57,957 nucleotides of DNA. Origin: Pyrinomonadaceae bacterium (GTDB lineage: Bacteria; Acidobacteriota; Blastocatellia; Pyrinomonadales; Pyrinomonadaceae). How positions within the stretch are numbered: position 1 is the first letter of the stretch; the number at the start of each line of letters is the position of its first letter. Location: the NCBI GenBank assembly GCA_035942915.1, contig DASZCR010000271.1:1-57957 (forward strand), given 5' to 3'. Shown piece by piece: positions 40,798-52,915 of the stretch. The position numbers and the translations under genes are program-made. The notes below the pieces were generated by a model. It was not told where the DNA came from. It saw only the letters and a program-made list of their open reading frames with translations, and did no database searches.

Positions 40798-41943
40798 ATG
40801 AGCGGAGACATTCAACCAATTCTCGACCGCGTGCTGGCGGGCGAGCGGCTATCGGCAGACGACTGTGCGGCTCTTTTGGAATCGCATGACATCGCGCGGC
40901 TCGGCGTGGCGGCCGACGAGGTGCGTCGTCGCAAACACCCTTCGGGCGTCGTCACCTACATCATCGACCGCAACATCAACTACACGAACGTCTGCAACGT
41001 CGTCTGCACCTTCTGCGCCTTCTACCGTCGTCCCGGCAAGCCGGACACTTACGTCCAGACCGTCGAGCAGATTTGCGAGCGCATCGATGAGACCATCGCG
41101 CTCGGCGGGACGGGCGTCTTGATGCAGGGCGGCCTCCACCCGGATTTCGGCATCGAGTGGTACGAAGACCTGCTGCGCACGCTGCACGCGCGCTACCCGG
41201 ACTTTCAACTGCACTGCTTCTCGCCGCCCGAAATACACAACATACATCTCATCTCCGGCCTCTCCTACGAGCAGATTATGGAGCGGCTCAAGGCGGCCGG
41301 ACTCTACTCGATGCCGGGCGGCGGCGGCGAGATTTTAGACGACGAGGTGCGCAAGCGCGTCTCGACCAAGTGTACGACCGACGAGTGGCTGGCCGTCATG
41401 CGCGCGACGCACAAGGTCGGTCTGCGTTCGACGGCGACGATGATGTTCGGCATCGGCGACCGCCTCGAACATCGCGTTCGTCATCTACAGCGCATCCGCG
41501 ACTTACAGGACGAGACGGGCGGCTTCACAGCCTTCATCCCGTGGACGTTCCAGCGCGAGAACACCGCGCTCGGCCGTCGCATCAAGGACGAGCCGACCGG
41601 CGTCGATTATCTCAAGATGCTCGCCGTCTCGCGCCTCTTCCTCGACAACATCGAACACATACAGTCTTCATGGCTGACGCAAGGCTTGCGCCTCGGTCAG
41701 GTCGCGCTGCGTTTCGGCGCGGACGACATGGGGTCGATTATGATTGAGGAGAACGTCGTCTCGGCGGCAGGCGCGCACAACACGGCCGACGAGCGGATGC
41801 TTCGCTATCTCATCCGCGAGGCAGGCTTTCAACCGCAGCAACGCGACATCCTCTACCGCCACGTCCACCGCGCAGAATCGCACAGGGCAGACGCCACCGA
41901 CTCGGCATCTCTACGAGAGTTGACCGTTGCCTTCGCAGACTAA
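40798..41943 (+). CDS. radical SAM menaquinone biosynthesis enzyme (MqnC or MqnE; CofH-like)
   Basis: NINYTNVCNVVCTFCAFYR radical-SAM cluster motif in the MqnC/MqnE/CofH context, 381 aa. I cannot separate MqnC from MqnE by eye. Confidence 0.8.
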   Translation: MSGDIQPILDRVLAGERLSADDCAALLESHDIARLGVAADEVRRRKHPSGVVTYIIDRNINYTNVCNVVCTFCAFYRRPGKPDTYVQTVEQICERIDETIALGGTGVLMQGGLHPDFGIEWYEDLLRTLHARYPDFQLHCFSPPEIHNIHLISGLSYEQIMERLKAAGLYSMPGGGGEILDDEVRKRVSTKCTTDEWLAVMRATHKVGLRSTATMMFGIGDRLEHRVRHLQRIRDLQDETGGFTAFIPWTFQRENTALGRRIKDEPTGVDYLKMLAVSRLFLDNIEHIQSSWLTQGLRLGQVALRFGADDMGSIMIEENVVSAAGAHNTADERMLRYLIREAGFQPQQRDILYRHVHRAESHRADATDSASLRELTVAFAD

Positions 41944-42021
41944 GACACCTCTGTACGTAAGATTGTAGGGGCGGAAGACTCATCCTCCGCCCCTACAGTT
42001 CTGTCGTCTGCGCTTCGCCCT

Positions 42022-43215
42022 TTACGGATTGAGTGCCTTCCTGAATACGTCCCAGAGAGGATTGGCGACGCGCGGCAGTTGCGGCCGTTCGCCTCTGCCG
42101 ACCGCTTCCCAGTAGGCCGCACCCGGTGGGCGTGTGCCGTACTCGTAGTCGCGTTCCGTCCACGTCCCGTCGGCGCGAAACTGATAGAAAGCCCAGTGCC
42201 AGCCCTGCTTGTTGAAGATTTTGATGAGGTCGGATAGATACTCGGCCGCGCCTTCGACGCTGCGGCTGCACCCGAACTCGCCGACGAAGATTCTGCGCGA
42301 CGTAATCTTGTGCCGCCGCTGCCACTCGATGACCGGCGCGTGAAAGCGTTCGAGTTCGACGGCGTTCATCTGAAACTGCCTGCGCTGGCCGTTGACTGCG
42401 CTGCCGACCGGCATCACGCCGGGGTAAGCGTAGCGTCCTTGATTGACGCGGCGCGTCGTATAGCCCCAAGGCTCGGCCATGTGGAAGGAATAGATGATGC
42501 GCGCGTCTGCGAGAGGCTTCAGGTACTTGAACGCCCAAGGCGTCGCGTAGAGACCGCTGTCGAGAACGACGGGCGTCTCGCGGTCAACTTCGCGGATGGC
42601 CGCGACGACTCGCCGGTAGAACAGATTCAAGTCGGCCGGGGTCTGTTCGACCTTCGCATACCACGCGACGAAGTCCTGCGTCCAGAAATCGTCAAAGCCT
42701 GTCGCGCGCTCCGGGTGCGGCTCGTTCAGGATGTTGTAGCCGACAACGGCGCGGTGGTCTTTCAAAGCAGCCGCGAGTTGACGCCAGAACTCCGCCGCCT
42801 GCGCGTGATACGTGAAATCGCGCCACAGACGCAGGTCGTCCTTGTCTCCGTTCTGCTGTCGCCAACGCAAGCCCGGCAAAGTCGTCGTCGTCAGCACGAC
42901 CTTGAGGCCGACTGATTCGGCATGGTCGAGCGACTCTCTCAACAACTTCAAATCGCGCTCGTCGAGGCGCTCGAACTTGTCCGCATCGCCGACGAGAAAA
43001 TCCCTCCGCGCCGTCGGCCACTGATTCGGAAACAGCCTGACAATGCGGATGCCCGCCTCTCTGGCCGCCACCCACCATTCGCGCGTCGGCGTGCTGTTCA
43101 TGTAATCCGCGCCGCGCCGCTGCTCGTTCCAGAAATCAATCTTGGCCGTGCGTGCCGACGCCGCGCCCGCACTCAAGAGCATCAACACGACGCCGACGAT
43201 TGCCCTCAACAACAT
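42022..43215 (-). CDS. glycoside hydrolase family 5 (cellulase-like), secreted
   Basis: Signal peptide from ATG 43215 (MLLRAIVGVVLMLLSAGAASA). Acid/base NILNEPHP and nucleophile FVGEFGCS motifs. Confidence 0.8.
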   Translation of the reverse strand: MLLRAIVGVVLMLLSAGAASARTAKIDFWNEQRRGADYMNSTPTREWWVAAREAGIRIVRLFPNQWPTARRDFLVGDADKFERLDERDLKLLRESLDHAESVGLKVVLTTTTLPGLRWRQQNGDKDDLRLWRDFTYHAQAAEFWRQLAAALKDHRAVVGYNILNEPHPERATGFDDFWTQDFVAWYAKVEQTPADLNLFYRRVVAAIREVDRETPVVLDSGLYATPWAFKYLKPLADARIIYSFHMAEPWGYTTRRVNQGRYAYPGVMPVGSAVNGQRRQFQMNAVELERFHAPVIEWQRRHKITSRRIFVGEFGCSRSVEGAAEYLSDLIKIFNKQGWHWAFYQFRADGTWTERDYEYGTRPPGAAYWEAVGRGERPQLPRVANPLWDVFRKALNP

Positions 43216-43246
43216 CCGCTCATCCCCTCCCGTCCGTGAGATACAC

Positions 43247-43300
43247 GAAAGCCCTTTAGTGAGTGATACGCCGACGCGAAACCTCTCACTAAAGGGCTTC
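43247..43300 (-). terminator. 15-16-bp stem-loop between the XRE gene and GH5
   Basis: GAAAGCCCTTTAGTGAG - loop - CTCACTAAAGGGCTTC. It is either the XRE terminator or a GH5 leader structure. Confidence 0.45.
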
Positions 43301-43351
43301 TCGAAAGATGACAAGCATCGCCGCGCGCTTCTCAGCGCGTTCCGGCCGCGC

Positions 43352-43594
43352 TTACTTCAATACCTTCTCCAATCTTTTGACGAACTCGCCCAAGCTAATA
43401 CCCATCGCCTGACATATCTCTCGCACCTCCAACACGTCCAACCGTCGCTCACCACTTTCATACCTTGAAACATACGGCTGATGTTTTTCGAGACGCGCCG
43501 CCATGTCGGCCTGCGTGATACCTGCCTCCATCCTCATCTCACGCAAGAGATTAACCATGCGCTCTCGTTGAGCGAGATAGACTCTCTTCTTCAT
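43352..43594 (-). CDS. XRE-family helix-turn-helix regulator
   Basis: MKKRVYLAQRERMVNLLREMRMEAGITQADMAARLEKHQPYVSRYESGERRLDVLEV: a classic HTH_3/cI-like pattern. GC is lower than in the neighbours. Start placed at ATG 43594. Confidence 0.8.
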   Translation of the reverse strand: MKKRVYLAQRERMVNLLREMRMEAGITQADMAARLEKHQPYVSRYESGERRLDVLEVREICQAMGISLGEFVKRLEKVLK

Positions 43595-43601
43595 CCAATA
43601 T

Positions 43602-43644
43602 GTTATATGGACATATTGATGGATATGCAAATTCTAGATATTAT
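43602..43644. promoter_or_regulatory. overlapping divergent promoters with repeated TTGCA-TAT operator-like motifs
   Basis: Minus strand: TTGCAT (43630-43625) - 17 nt - TATAAC (43607-43602), with the -10 ending 7 nt before the XRE ATG (leaderless geometry). Plus strand: TTGATG (43616-43621) - 17 nt - TATTAT (43639-43644). Confidence 0.45.
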
Positions 43645-43698
43645 GCATATTGCAAACCCCACCCAAGTCGTTAATCTTAGTAAAGATGGAATCATCAA

Positions 43699-43974
43699 AT
43701 GGTAGCCCTGCTCGCAGATGATGAGACGTGGACTGCGATTCTTAAACCTGCCGTGTGTCAGGATGTGGCTGCCATAGAATGTTTGGCACGTCTTCTCTTC
43801 ACGCTCAAGAGAGCAATCGATAGCGGCCCGGAAGGAGCAATGCGAGCAAGTCAAACGCTGCTCAACGGCATCGAGTTAATCTATCCACACACCACAGCCC
43901 ACCAAGCCGCACTCAAACTCTACCTACTCTCACTAGAAGGCGATTTGAAGCCGCAAGACGAACCGCTCATCTAA
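43699..43974 (+). CDS. hypothetical 91-aa protein divergent from the XRE gene
   Basis: Helical-looking ORF with low GC3 compared with the rest of the window. It lies downstream of the plus-strand promoter candidate. It has a weak RBS and competes with the antisense ORF 43603-43854. Confidence 0.4.
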   Translation: MVALLADDETWTAILKPAVCQDVAAIECLARLLFTLKRAIDSGPEGAMRASQTLLNGIELIYPHTTAHQAALKLYLLSLEGDLKPQDEPLI

Positions 43975-44063
43975 CGCATGCATCACCCGCACGCATAGAC
44001 TGTGAGAAGTTCTCAACGCGACGCATGGCATTCTCTCTTGTTGCGGGTCAGGTACATGTCCTG

Positions 44064-45038
44064 TTATTCGCGTGTGGGGAGGGATTGGCGCAGGAGTGTG
44101 TTGAATTTCTCGGAGTGTTCTTCTTGAGGCATCATGCGGCAGCGGTCGAAGAGCTCAAGGCGTGCGCGTGGGTTGAGTTGGAGCAGGGCAGCGGCGTGTG
44201 TGGGCGGATTGGTCTCGTCATGGCGTCCCCAGACGAGTGTGACGTTCTGCGTGAGGCGCGCAAAGGGTTCGCGGATATCCGTGTTGAGATAGCCGGAGAG
44301 GAAGGCCGTGATGGCGTGCTGCGCGCCGGGCAGATGGCTCACAGAGTAGTAGTGTGCGACGAGGCGCGGGGTGGCGAAGCGACGGTCGTAGAAGAGCTGT
44401 TTGCGCGCGTAGTCGCGTATGCTGCGCTCGCTCGTCATGGCGTTGTAGAAGGAAGTGCCGAGGACGGGCGAGTTGAGCAGGCCGTAGAAGGCCGCGCCCG
44501 GCAGGTCTGGCCGCGCACTGAGGTTGCCGCCGACGCCGGTCGGCGAGATGAGCACGAGCGAGTCGACAGATTCGGGACGCTCATCGGCCGCGCGGACGGC
44601 GAAGGCGGCGCCGAGCGAAGAGGCGACGATGGACGTGCGACGACCGGCCACCTCCTCGATAAAGTCCATGATGAGTTCGGCGTAGAGGTCTGCCGAGTAG
44701 GGCGCGCCCGCAGGCTTGTCCGAATAGCCGAAGCCGAGCAGGTCAAGGGCGTAGACGCGGAAGTCGCGCGAGAGCGGCTCGAAGTTGCGCCGCCACATGA
44801 AGGAGCGCGCGCCCGCGCCGATGCCGTGAACAAAGAGCACAGGGGGAGCTTGCGTGTGACCGGCGCGACGGTAGAAGACGCGCCCGTGCTTCCACTCGAA
44901 GGTCGCGCCCTCGCCGCCGAGCGCGCCCGTCTCCGGCTCAGGAACGCCGCGCGCAATCTCCGCATTGACGGCCGCCAGCGCCGCCACGCCCGCGCCCCCC
45001 GCCACAAGCCCCTTCCAAAATTTGCGCACAAGACCCAT
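44064..45038 (-). CDS. alpha/beta hydrolase
   Basis: 324 aa. PPVLFVHGIGAGARSF and the nucleophile-elbow-like IVASSLGAAFA. Confidence 0.8.
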   Translation of the reverse strand: MGLVRKFWKGLVAGGAGVAALAAVNAEIARGVPEPETGALGGEGATFEWKHGRVFYRRAGHTQAPPVLFVHGIGAGARSFMWRRNFEPLSRDFRVYALDLLGFGYSDKPAGAPYSADLYAELIMDFIEEVAGRRTSIVASSLGAAFAVRAADERPESVDSLVLISPTGVGGNLSARPDLPGAAFYGLLNSPVLGTSFYNAMTSERSIRDYARKQLFYDRRFATPRLVAHYYSVSHLPGAQHAITAFLSGYLNTDIREPFARLTQNVTLVWGRHDETNPPTHAAALLQLNPRARLELFDRCRMMPQEEHSEKFNTLLRQSLPTRE

Positions 45039-45045
45039 AGAACAG

Positions 45046-45153
45046 GTGATAGGTGATGAGTGATAGGTGATAAGTAAGGAAGTGATAGGTGATTGGTGAT
45101 GGGTGATAGGAAGAAAGCTGTTTTCTTATCACCTATCACCTATCACCTATCAC
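45046..45153. repeat. heptamer-periodic palindromic element, GTGATRG type, asymmetric
   Basis: Four outer G-units, GTAAGGAA, four inner G-units, core GAAGAAAGCTGTTTTC, four C-units. It ends 5 nt before the rne stop codon. Confidence 0.9.
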
Positions 45154-45158
45154 TGTTT

Positions 45159-48287
<3,129 letters not shown>

Positions 48288-49034
48288 GTTCGGAAAACTG
48301 TCTCCATGAAAAATCGCGGCGCGCCTCGCCTGCCACAAAGAGTTGCGGCGGCGGAGTTGTGCGCGCGTCCGCTCAGGTTAAAAGTGTGCGACGCGCGACG
48401 GCACGACGGCGCGGCGACGCGTGCGCGGCCTGCGAGCTTACGCGAAGTAAGCGAGGCGCGAGCGTGCGGCGCGCGTGCGCGCGTTCGTATTGAGCGCAGC
48501 CCGTGTGGCCGACGCTCTCTGTCTGTGTGTTGGAATGGATGACGCTTGCGCCTCGCGCGACGCTCGCGGGGCGCCCGGACAGAGGAAGGTAGACTTCCTC
48601 CGTGCGAAAGCAGGATGGACTATTCACTTAACAAAAACCCCGTGCGGAAGGCCGCGCCCGATTGGCGACCGCGAGCCTGCGACCTGTGCGGGTCGAAGCT
48701 TACTCGACGCGTGCGCGTCAGTTCGCGCAGGGTTTGCGTCGAGCAAAGCCTGCACGACCGGCCTCTCTAGCGGAAGGGAAGTGCGGCGGCGAAACAGTTC
48801 GCTTGAACTCCCGCGCATTTCCACCTCGCGCTGGCGGCAGCGGCTTCCGTACATTTCAAAGAGAGATGAAACTTGCGAGGCCGCTTCAGGGTTGGTCAAG
48901 ACCGTCTCCGCAGCGGCTCGCTCAAACTTTTTGTCCCGTCAATTTCAGGGCGCGCACACGCGCGTCGCGCCGTGCCGGAAAGTTGTCAGATTCAGGCAAA
49001 AAGGACAGGCAAGCCGGAGTATAGCCGGAAAAGT

Positions 49035-49114
49035 GTCTAAAGTCTAAAGTCCGGAGTCTAAAGTCCGAGACCGCAGTCTTGGCGACTCCCGACTGTGGAC
49101 TTCAGACTTCAGGC
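49035..49114. repeat. heptamer-periodic palindromic element, GTCTAAA word
   Basis: GTCTAAA GTCTAAA GTCCGGA GTCTAAA GTCCGAG - loop - TCCCGAC TGTGGAC TTCAGAC TTCAGGC. It lies immediately downstream of the rodA stop (49122-49124). Confidence 0.8.
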
Positions 49115-49121
49115 TGAGAGT

Positions 49122-50243
49122 TTAGTTGACGAATCTTCTCAGGCGGACGCTGATGGCGAAGCCGATGGCGACGGAGGTGGCGAGGATGGCCGAAAGCCCC
49201 GCGCTCATCAGCGGCAGCGGGACACCGATGACGGGCAGGAGTCCGAGCGTCATCCCGACGTTGATGAAGATTTGGAAGGCGAGGCCGCCGACAATCGCCA
49301 TGATGACGAGCATCCCTGTCCTGTCGGGCGCACGCCGCGCGCCCGAAATCAATTTCGAGAGTAGGACGACGTAGGCCAGCAGGAGCAGTATCGTGCCGAA
49401 GAAGCCGGTCGTCTCGGCCGTCGCGGCGAAGATGAAATCGGTGTGCGGTTCGGGCAGGAATTTGAGACTGCTCTGCGTGGCTTCGGCCGAAGTGTCAGAG
49501 CCGGTCAAGCGCCCCTTGCCGACCGTCAGTATCGACTGCCATGTGTGATAGCCGAAGCCGCGCCGGTCTGCGTTCTCCGGGTCGAGGATGACGTTGATGC
49601 GCTCCTGTTGATAGCCCTTGATGACTCCCGCCTCGACGCCCACGACGTAAGCGGCCGGGATAGCCAACGTCGCCAGCACGAGCGCCGCGACGACAATCCA
49701 CATGCGGATGGAGGAGAGAAAGAGGACGACGGCGAGCAGCGGCATGTAGGTGATGGCCTGTCCCGCGTCCGGTTCGAGCAGAATGAGACTGACGGGCAGC
49801 GCGAGGATGGCGACTCCCATCAGCATCTCTTTGATGGTCAGCGTCGAGTGGCGCGGGCGACCGAAGTAGCGCGCCAGCATCAGCACCGTCGGAATCTTGA
49901 CGAACTCAGAGGGCTGGAACGTGCCGAGACCCGGAATCATAATCCACGCCTGCTGCCCGTTGACCTTATGACCGATGCCCGGAATGAGCACGAGCACGAG
50001 CAGGATGAGGCCGAACACGTAGAAGGCCGGAGCGAAATGGATAATCTTGCGATAGTCCGTGAAGGCGACGCCGAGCATCACGACCATCGAGATACCGAGG
50101 CCGATAAGCTGCTTTTTCCAGTAATTCATCTCCGGCTGCGCGTTGTAAATCTGCCACGTGCCGAAGATGGCAATCGCCACCGCCAGCAGCGTCAGAAACC
50201 AATCGAAGTCGCGCAAGCGCCTGTGTTCGAGAATGGCAACCAT
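49122..50243 (-). CDS. rodA: SEDS peptidoglycan polymerase RodA
   Basis: 373-aa polytopic FtsW/RodA/SpoVE-family ORF located after mrdA in the mre/mrd cluster. Confidence 0.9.
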   Translation of the reverse strand: MVAILEHRRLRDFDWFLTLLAVAIAIFGTWQIYNAQPEMNYWKKQLIGLGISMVVMLGVAFTDYRKIIHFAPAFYVFGLILLVLVLIPGIGHKVNGQQAWIMIPGLGTFQPSEFVKIPTVLMLARYFGRPRHSTLTIKEMLMGVAILALPVSLILLEPDAGQAITYMPLLAVVLFLSSIRMWIVVAALVLATLAIPAAYVVGVEAGVIKGYQQERINVILDPENADRRGFGYHTWQSILTVGKGRLTGSDTSAEATQSSLKFLPEPHTDFIFAATAETTGFFGTILLLLAYVVLLSKLISGARRAPDRTGMLVIMAIVGGLAFQIFINVGMTLGLLPVIGVPLPLMSAGLSAILATSVAIGFAISVRLRRFVN

Positions 50244-50261
50244 AAAATCTCAGGCTGACAG

Positions 50262-50343
50262 GTGATAAGTGATAGGTGATAAGTGATAGGTGATAAGAGA
50301 AGAACCCGTTTTCTCCTATCACCCATTACCCATCACCCATCAC
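50262..50343. repeat. heptamer-periodic palindromic element, GTGATRG type
   Basis: Five G-units, core GAGAAGAACCCGTTTTCTC, four C-units (CTATCAC CCATTAC CCATCAC CCATCAC). It contains the mrdA stop codon (50340-50342). Confidence 0.9.
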
Positions 50344-52232
50344 CTGTTTTGAGCTATCTGTTGCGGCGGCGGCAGCAGTTCGGGGTGAGTCTTGCCGACG
50401 TAGACATCGTAGACGGCGCGGACGGCCGGAGCGGCGAAGGTGCCGCCGAAGCCGACGTTTTCGATGAGCGCGATGGCCGAAATCTCCGGCTTGTAGGCCG
50501 GTGCGACCGAGACGAACCACGCGTGGTCTTTGTTCTCGCCAACGTCCTTGCCGAGCGAGACGACCTGCGCCGTGCCCGTCTTTCCGGCAATCTCGAAGCC
50601 TTCCATCTTGATGCGTCCGGCCGTGCCGCCCGCGTTGACCACGTCGTACATGCCGTCCATCACGATGCGGTATTGCTCTTCGGTCATCGGGATAATCTTC
50701 GGGTCAGGTCGGTCGAACCCGCGCTTCGGCCGTTCGGGGAAAGGCCCGATGGCGTGCATCGCGCGCGCCTCCTTCAACAAGTGCGGCACGTAGAGTTTGC
50801 CGCCGACGCCGATGGAGGCGACGGCGCGCAGCATCGCAATCGGCGTGGCGAAGTCGTAGACCTGACCGAAGGAGGCGTAGACGGTGTCGATGTCTCGCCA
50901 TTCGGGGTCGCGCGGGTTGAAACGCGCCTTGAACTTGCGAGAGGGCGTCCAACTAATCAGTTCGCGCGGGAGGTCGATGCCGGACTTCCTGTTAATCTCG
51001 AACTCGTTGACCATCTCCTCGATGCCTTCGAGCCGCATCTTGAGGCCGAGGCGATAGAAGTAGCCGTCGCAGGAGTGCTGGATGGCGACGCGAACGTTGG
51101 GCGAGCCGTGACTGCCCATGCAACGCGTGAACTTGTTGCCGATGGTGATGCCGCCGCCGCAGACGAGGTTCGAGTTCTTGACCGTAATCGCGCCCTGCTG
51201 AAGACCGGCGACGGCCATCGGAATCTTCCACGTCGAGCCGGGAGGATAACGGCCGCGAATGGCGCGGTTGGTGAGCGGCGCTTTCGGGTCTTTCAGCAGG
51301 CGGCGCGCCTCAGCGCGTCCCTCCGGCGTGTTGATGCGTTGCGAGAAGATGTTCGGGTCGAAGGTGGGATAGGAGGCCATCACCATCACTTCGCCGTTGT
51401 TCGGGTCCATTGCGATGATGACGCCGCGCTTTGAAGGCGAGTTGCGCAGTTGCTCTTCGGCCGCCAGTTGGAGGTCGAGGTCGATGGTGGTGACGATGTC
51501 TTGACCGGGCTGCGGCTGGACGGTTTCGAGTTCGCGCTGAATCTGTCCGCGACTGTTGACCTCGACCTTGCGATAGCCGTCGCGCCCGCGCAGGTAGTGG
51601 TCGTAAGTCGCCTCCAAGCCCTCCTGCCCGATGATGTCGCCGGGGCGATACGGGTTCTCCTGACTGTCTCGATACTTGGGCTGCTTCAACTGCTCCGGGC
51701 TGATTTCGCCGACGTATCCGAGGACGTGCGCCAGCACGCCGTTTTCCGGGTAGCGGCGCTGCGGCTGCTCGCGGATGGAGAGTTCGGGAAACTCCAATTG
51801 GTGGGCTTCGACCCACGCGATATCGGCGCTGTCGGCGTTCTCCTTGACGGGAATGTACTCGAAGGCGGGCTGCGACTTGACGGCCTCGAACTGCTCGCGC
51901 AGGAGGTCTGGGTCGAGCGCCAGCCCTTCGGAGAGCGGCTTGACGAGGGCGTTGAAGTCCTTGTTCTTCATGTCCTCGCGCGTCAGCACGACGTTGTAGA
52001 TGGAGCGCGAGTCAACGAGCAGTTTGCCGTTGCGGTCGAAGATTGCGCCGCGCGGGGCGGGGATGGGCAGCAGACGGATGCGCTGGTTCTCGGCGCGCTC
52101 GGCGTAATACTCGCCGTTGACGACTTGCAGGTAATAGAGCCTGACGCCGAGCACGACGAGCAGCACGACGACGAGCACCTGAATCACCGTCAGGCGCAGA
52201 CGCAGGTTTTGCGATTCGTCCTCAAATTTCAT
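50340..52232 (-). CDS. mrdA: penicillin-binding protein 2 (elongasome transpeptidase)
   Basis: 630 aa with an N-terminal TM segment, SxxK in PPGSTWK and KTGT in AGKTGTAQ. It lies between mreD and rodA. Confidence 0.9.
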   Translation of the reverse strand: MKFEDESQNLRLRLTVIQVLVVVLLVVLGVRLYYLQVVNGEYYAERAENQRIRLLPIPAPRGAIFDRNGKLLVDSRSIYNVVLTREDMKNKDFNALVKPLSEGLALDPDLLREQFEAVKSQPAFEYIPVKENADSADIAWVEAHQLEFPELSIREQPQRRYPENGVLAHVLGYVGEISPEQLKQPKYRDSQENPYRPGDIIGQEGLEATYDHYLRGRDGYRKVEVNSRGQIQRELETVQPQPGQDIVTTIDLDLQLAAEEQLRNSPSKRGVIIAMDPNNGEVMVMASYPTFDPNIFSQRINTPEGRAEARRLLKDPKAPLTNRAIRGRYPPGSTWKIPMAVAGLQQGAITVKNSNLVCGGGITIGNKFTRCMGSHGSPNVRVAIQHSCDGYFYRLGLKMRLEGIEEMVNEFEINRKSGIDLPRELISWTPSRKFKARFNPRDPEWRDIDTVYASFGQVYDFATPIAMLRAVASIGVGGKLYVPHLLKEARAMHAIGPFPERPKRGFDRPDPKIIPMTEEQYRIVMDGMYDVVNAGGTAGRIKMEGFEIAGKTGTAQVVSLGKDVGENKDHAWFVSVAPAYKPEISAIALIENVGFGGTFAAPAVRAVYDVYVGKTHPELLPPPQQIAQNR

Positions 52233-52252
52233 AAGTCACAGAGGTTCGGTCT

Positions 52253-52798
52253 TTAATACTTTCGTCCCCTCGACGTGCGGCGTGCGACGCGCCGCCGGAA
52301 CTTGAACTGTCGGCGTTGGCGCGCCGTCTCGCTGAAGAAGGTGTCGAGCACGTAGATGATGATAGTTCCCGTAATGGTCGTCCCGATAATCGTCCCGGCG
52401 ACCGTTTCGACGAAGGGCGCGACGGGCGGCTGGCGCAGCAGTCTGTGCAGCAGGACGTAAACGCACGAATCGAAAGCGGCCGCACTTGCTAAGACGGGAA
52501 TTCTGAGCAGCGGGTTGTCAATCCTGATGCGCGTCACCATGAAGGCGATGAGATAGGCTGTCAGGGTTTTGGAGAAGCCGCCCGCGCCGAGCAGCCCGCC
52601 GCCCAGAGCGTCGGTCGCCAGCCCCGCCACCGTCCCGATAATGACGGCTTGGAGCGGGTCGCGCCGGAGCGCGAAATAGGTCACGACGATGAGCGTGAGG
52701 TCGGCGTATTTGAGCCACTCGCCGGCCGTCGGGATTGAGCGCAGAGACGACTGCAACAGCACCGCCAGCGCCACGCACACGGCAATCTTCAGTCTCAT
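52253..52798 (-). CDS. mreD: rod shape-determining protein MreD
   Basis: 181-aa polytopic ORF after mreC. Confidence 0.8.
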   Translation of the reverse strand: MRLKIAVCVALAVLLQSSLRSIPTAGEWLKYADLTLIVVTYFALRRDPLQAVIIGTVAGLATDALGGGLLGAGGFSKTLTAYLIAFMVTRIRIDNPLLRIPVLASAAAFDSCVYVLLHRLLRQPPVAPFVETVAGTIIGTTITGTIIIYVLDTFFSETARQRRQFKFRRRVARRTSRGRKY

Positions 52799-52805
52799 AA
52801 AAACG

Positions 52806-52915
52806 GTGATAGGTGATAGGCCATCAGTGATAGGTGATGAGTGACAGGTGATAAGAGAAGAACTGTTTTTGTCCCATCACCTATCACTCATCACTTATCA
52901 CTGATGGCCTATCAC
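52806..52915. repeat. heptamer-periodic palindromic element, GTGATRG type with complementary interruptions
   Basis: GTGATAG x2, GCCATCA, four G-units, core GAGAAGAACTGTTTTTGTC, four C-units, TGATGGC (exact complement of GCCATCA), CTATCAC. It contains the mreC stop (52912-52914). Confidence 0.9.

Noticed and set aside
43603-43854. 83-aa minus-strand ORF overlapping the XRE promoter region and the 91-aa plus-strand ORF.
   Set aside because: It is Cys/Ile-rich with an odd composition, and it starts inside the other ORF with no promoter or RBS that I can see. The plus-strand ORF fits the TTGATG-17-TATTAT promoter better, although that ORF is itself low confidence.
48570-48600. AGAGGAAGGTAGACTTCCTCC as a possible RNase P RNA P4-like (GAGGAAAGTCC) signature.
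   Set aside because: It is only a loose resemblance. The flanking sequence lacks the other conserved RNase P elements, and the segment simply forms a short local hairpin.
48475-49047. 190-aa ORF (+) and 84-aa ORF 48373-48627 (-) in the region upstream of rne.
   Set aside because: The composition is poor (Arg/Ala/Cys/Ser-rich), there is no RBS or motif, and the frame does not show the GC3 bias of real genes here. The region is treated as non-coding leader.
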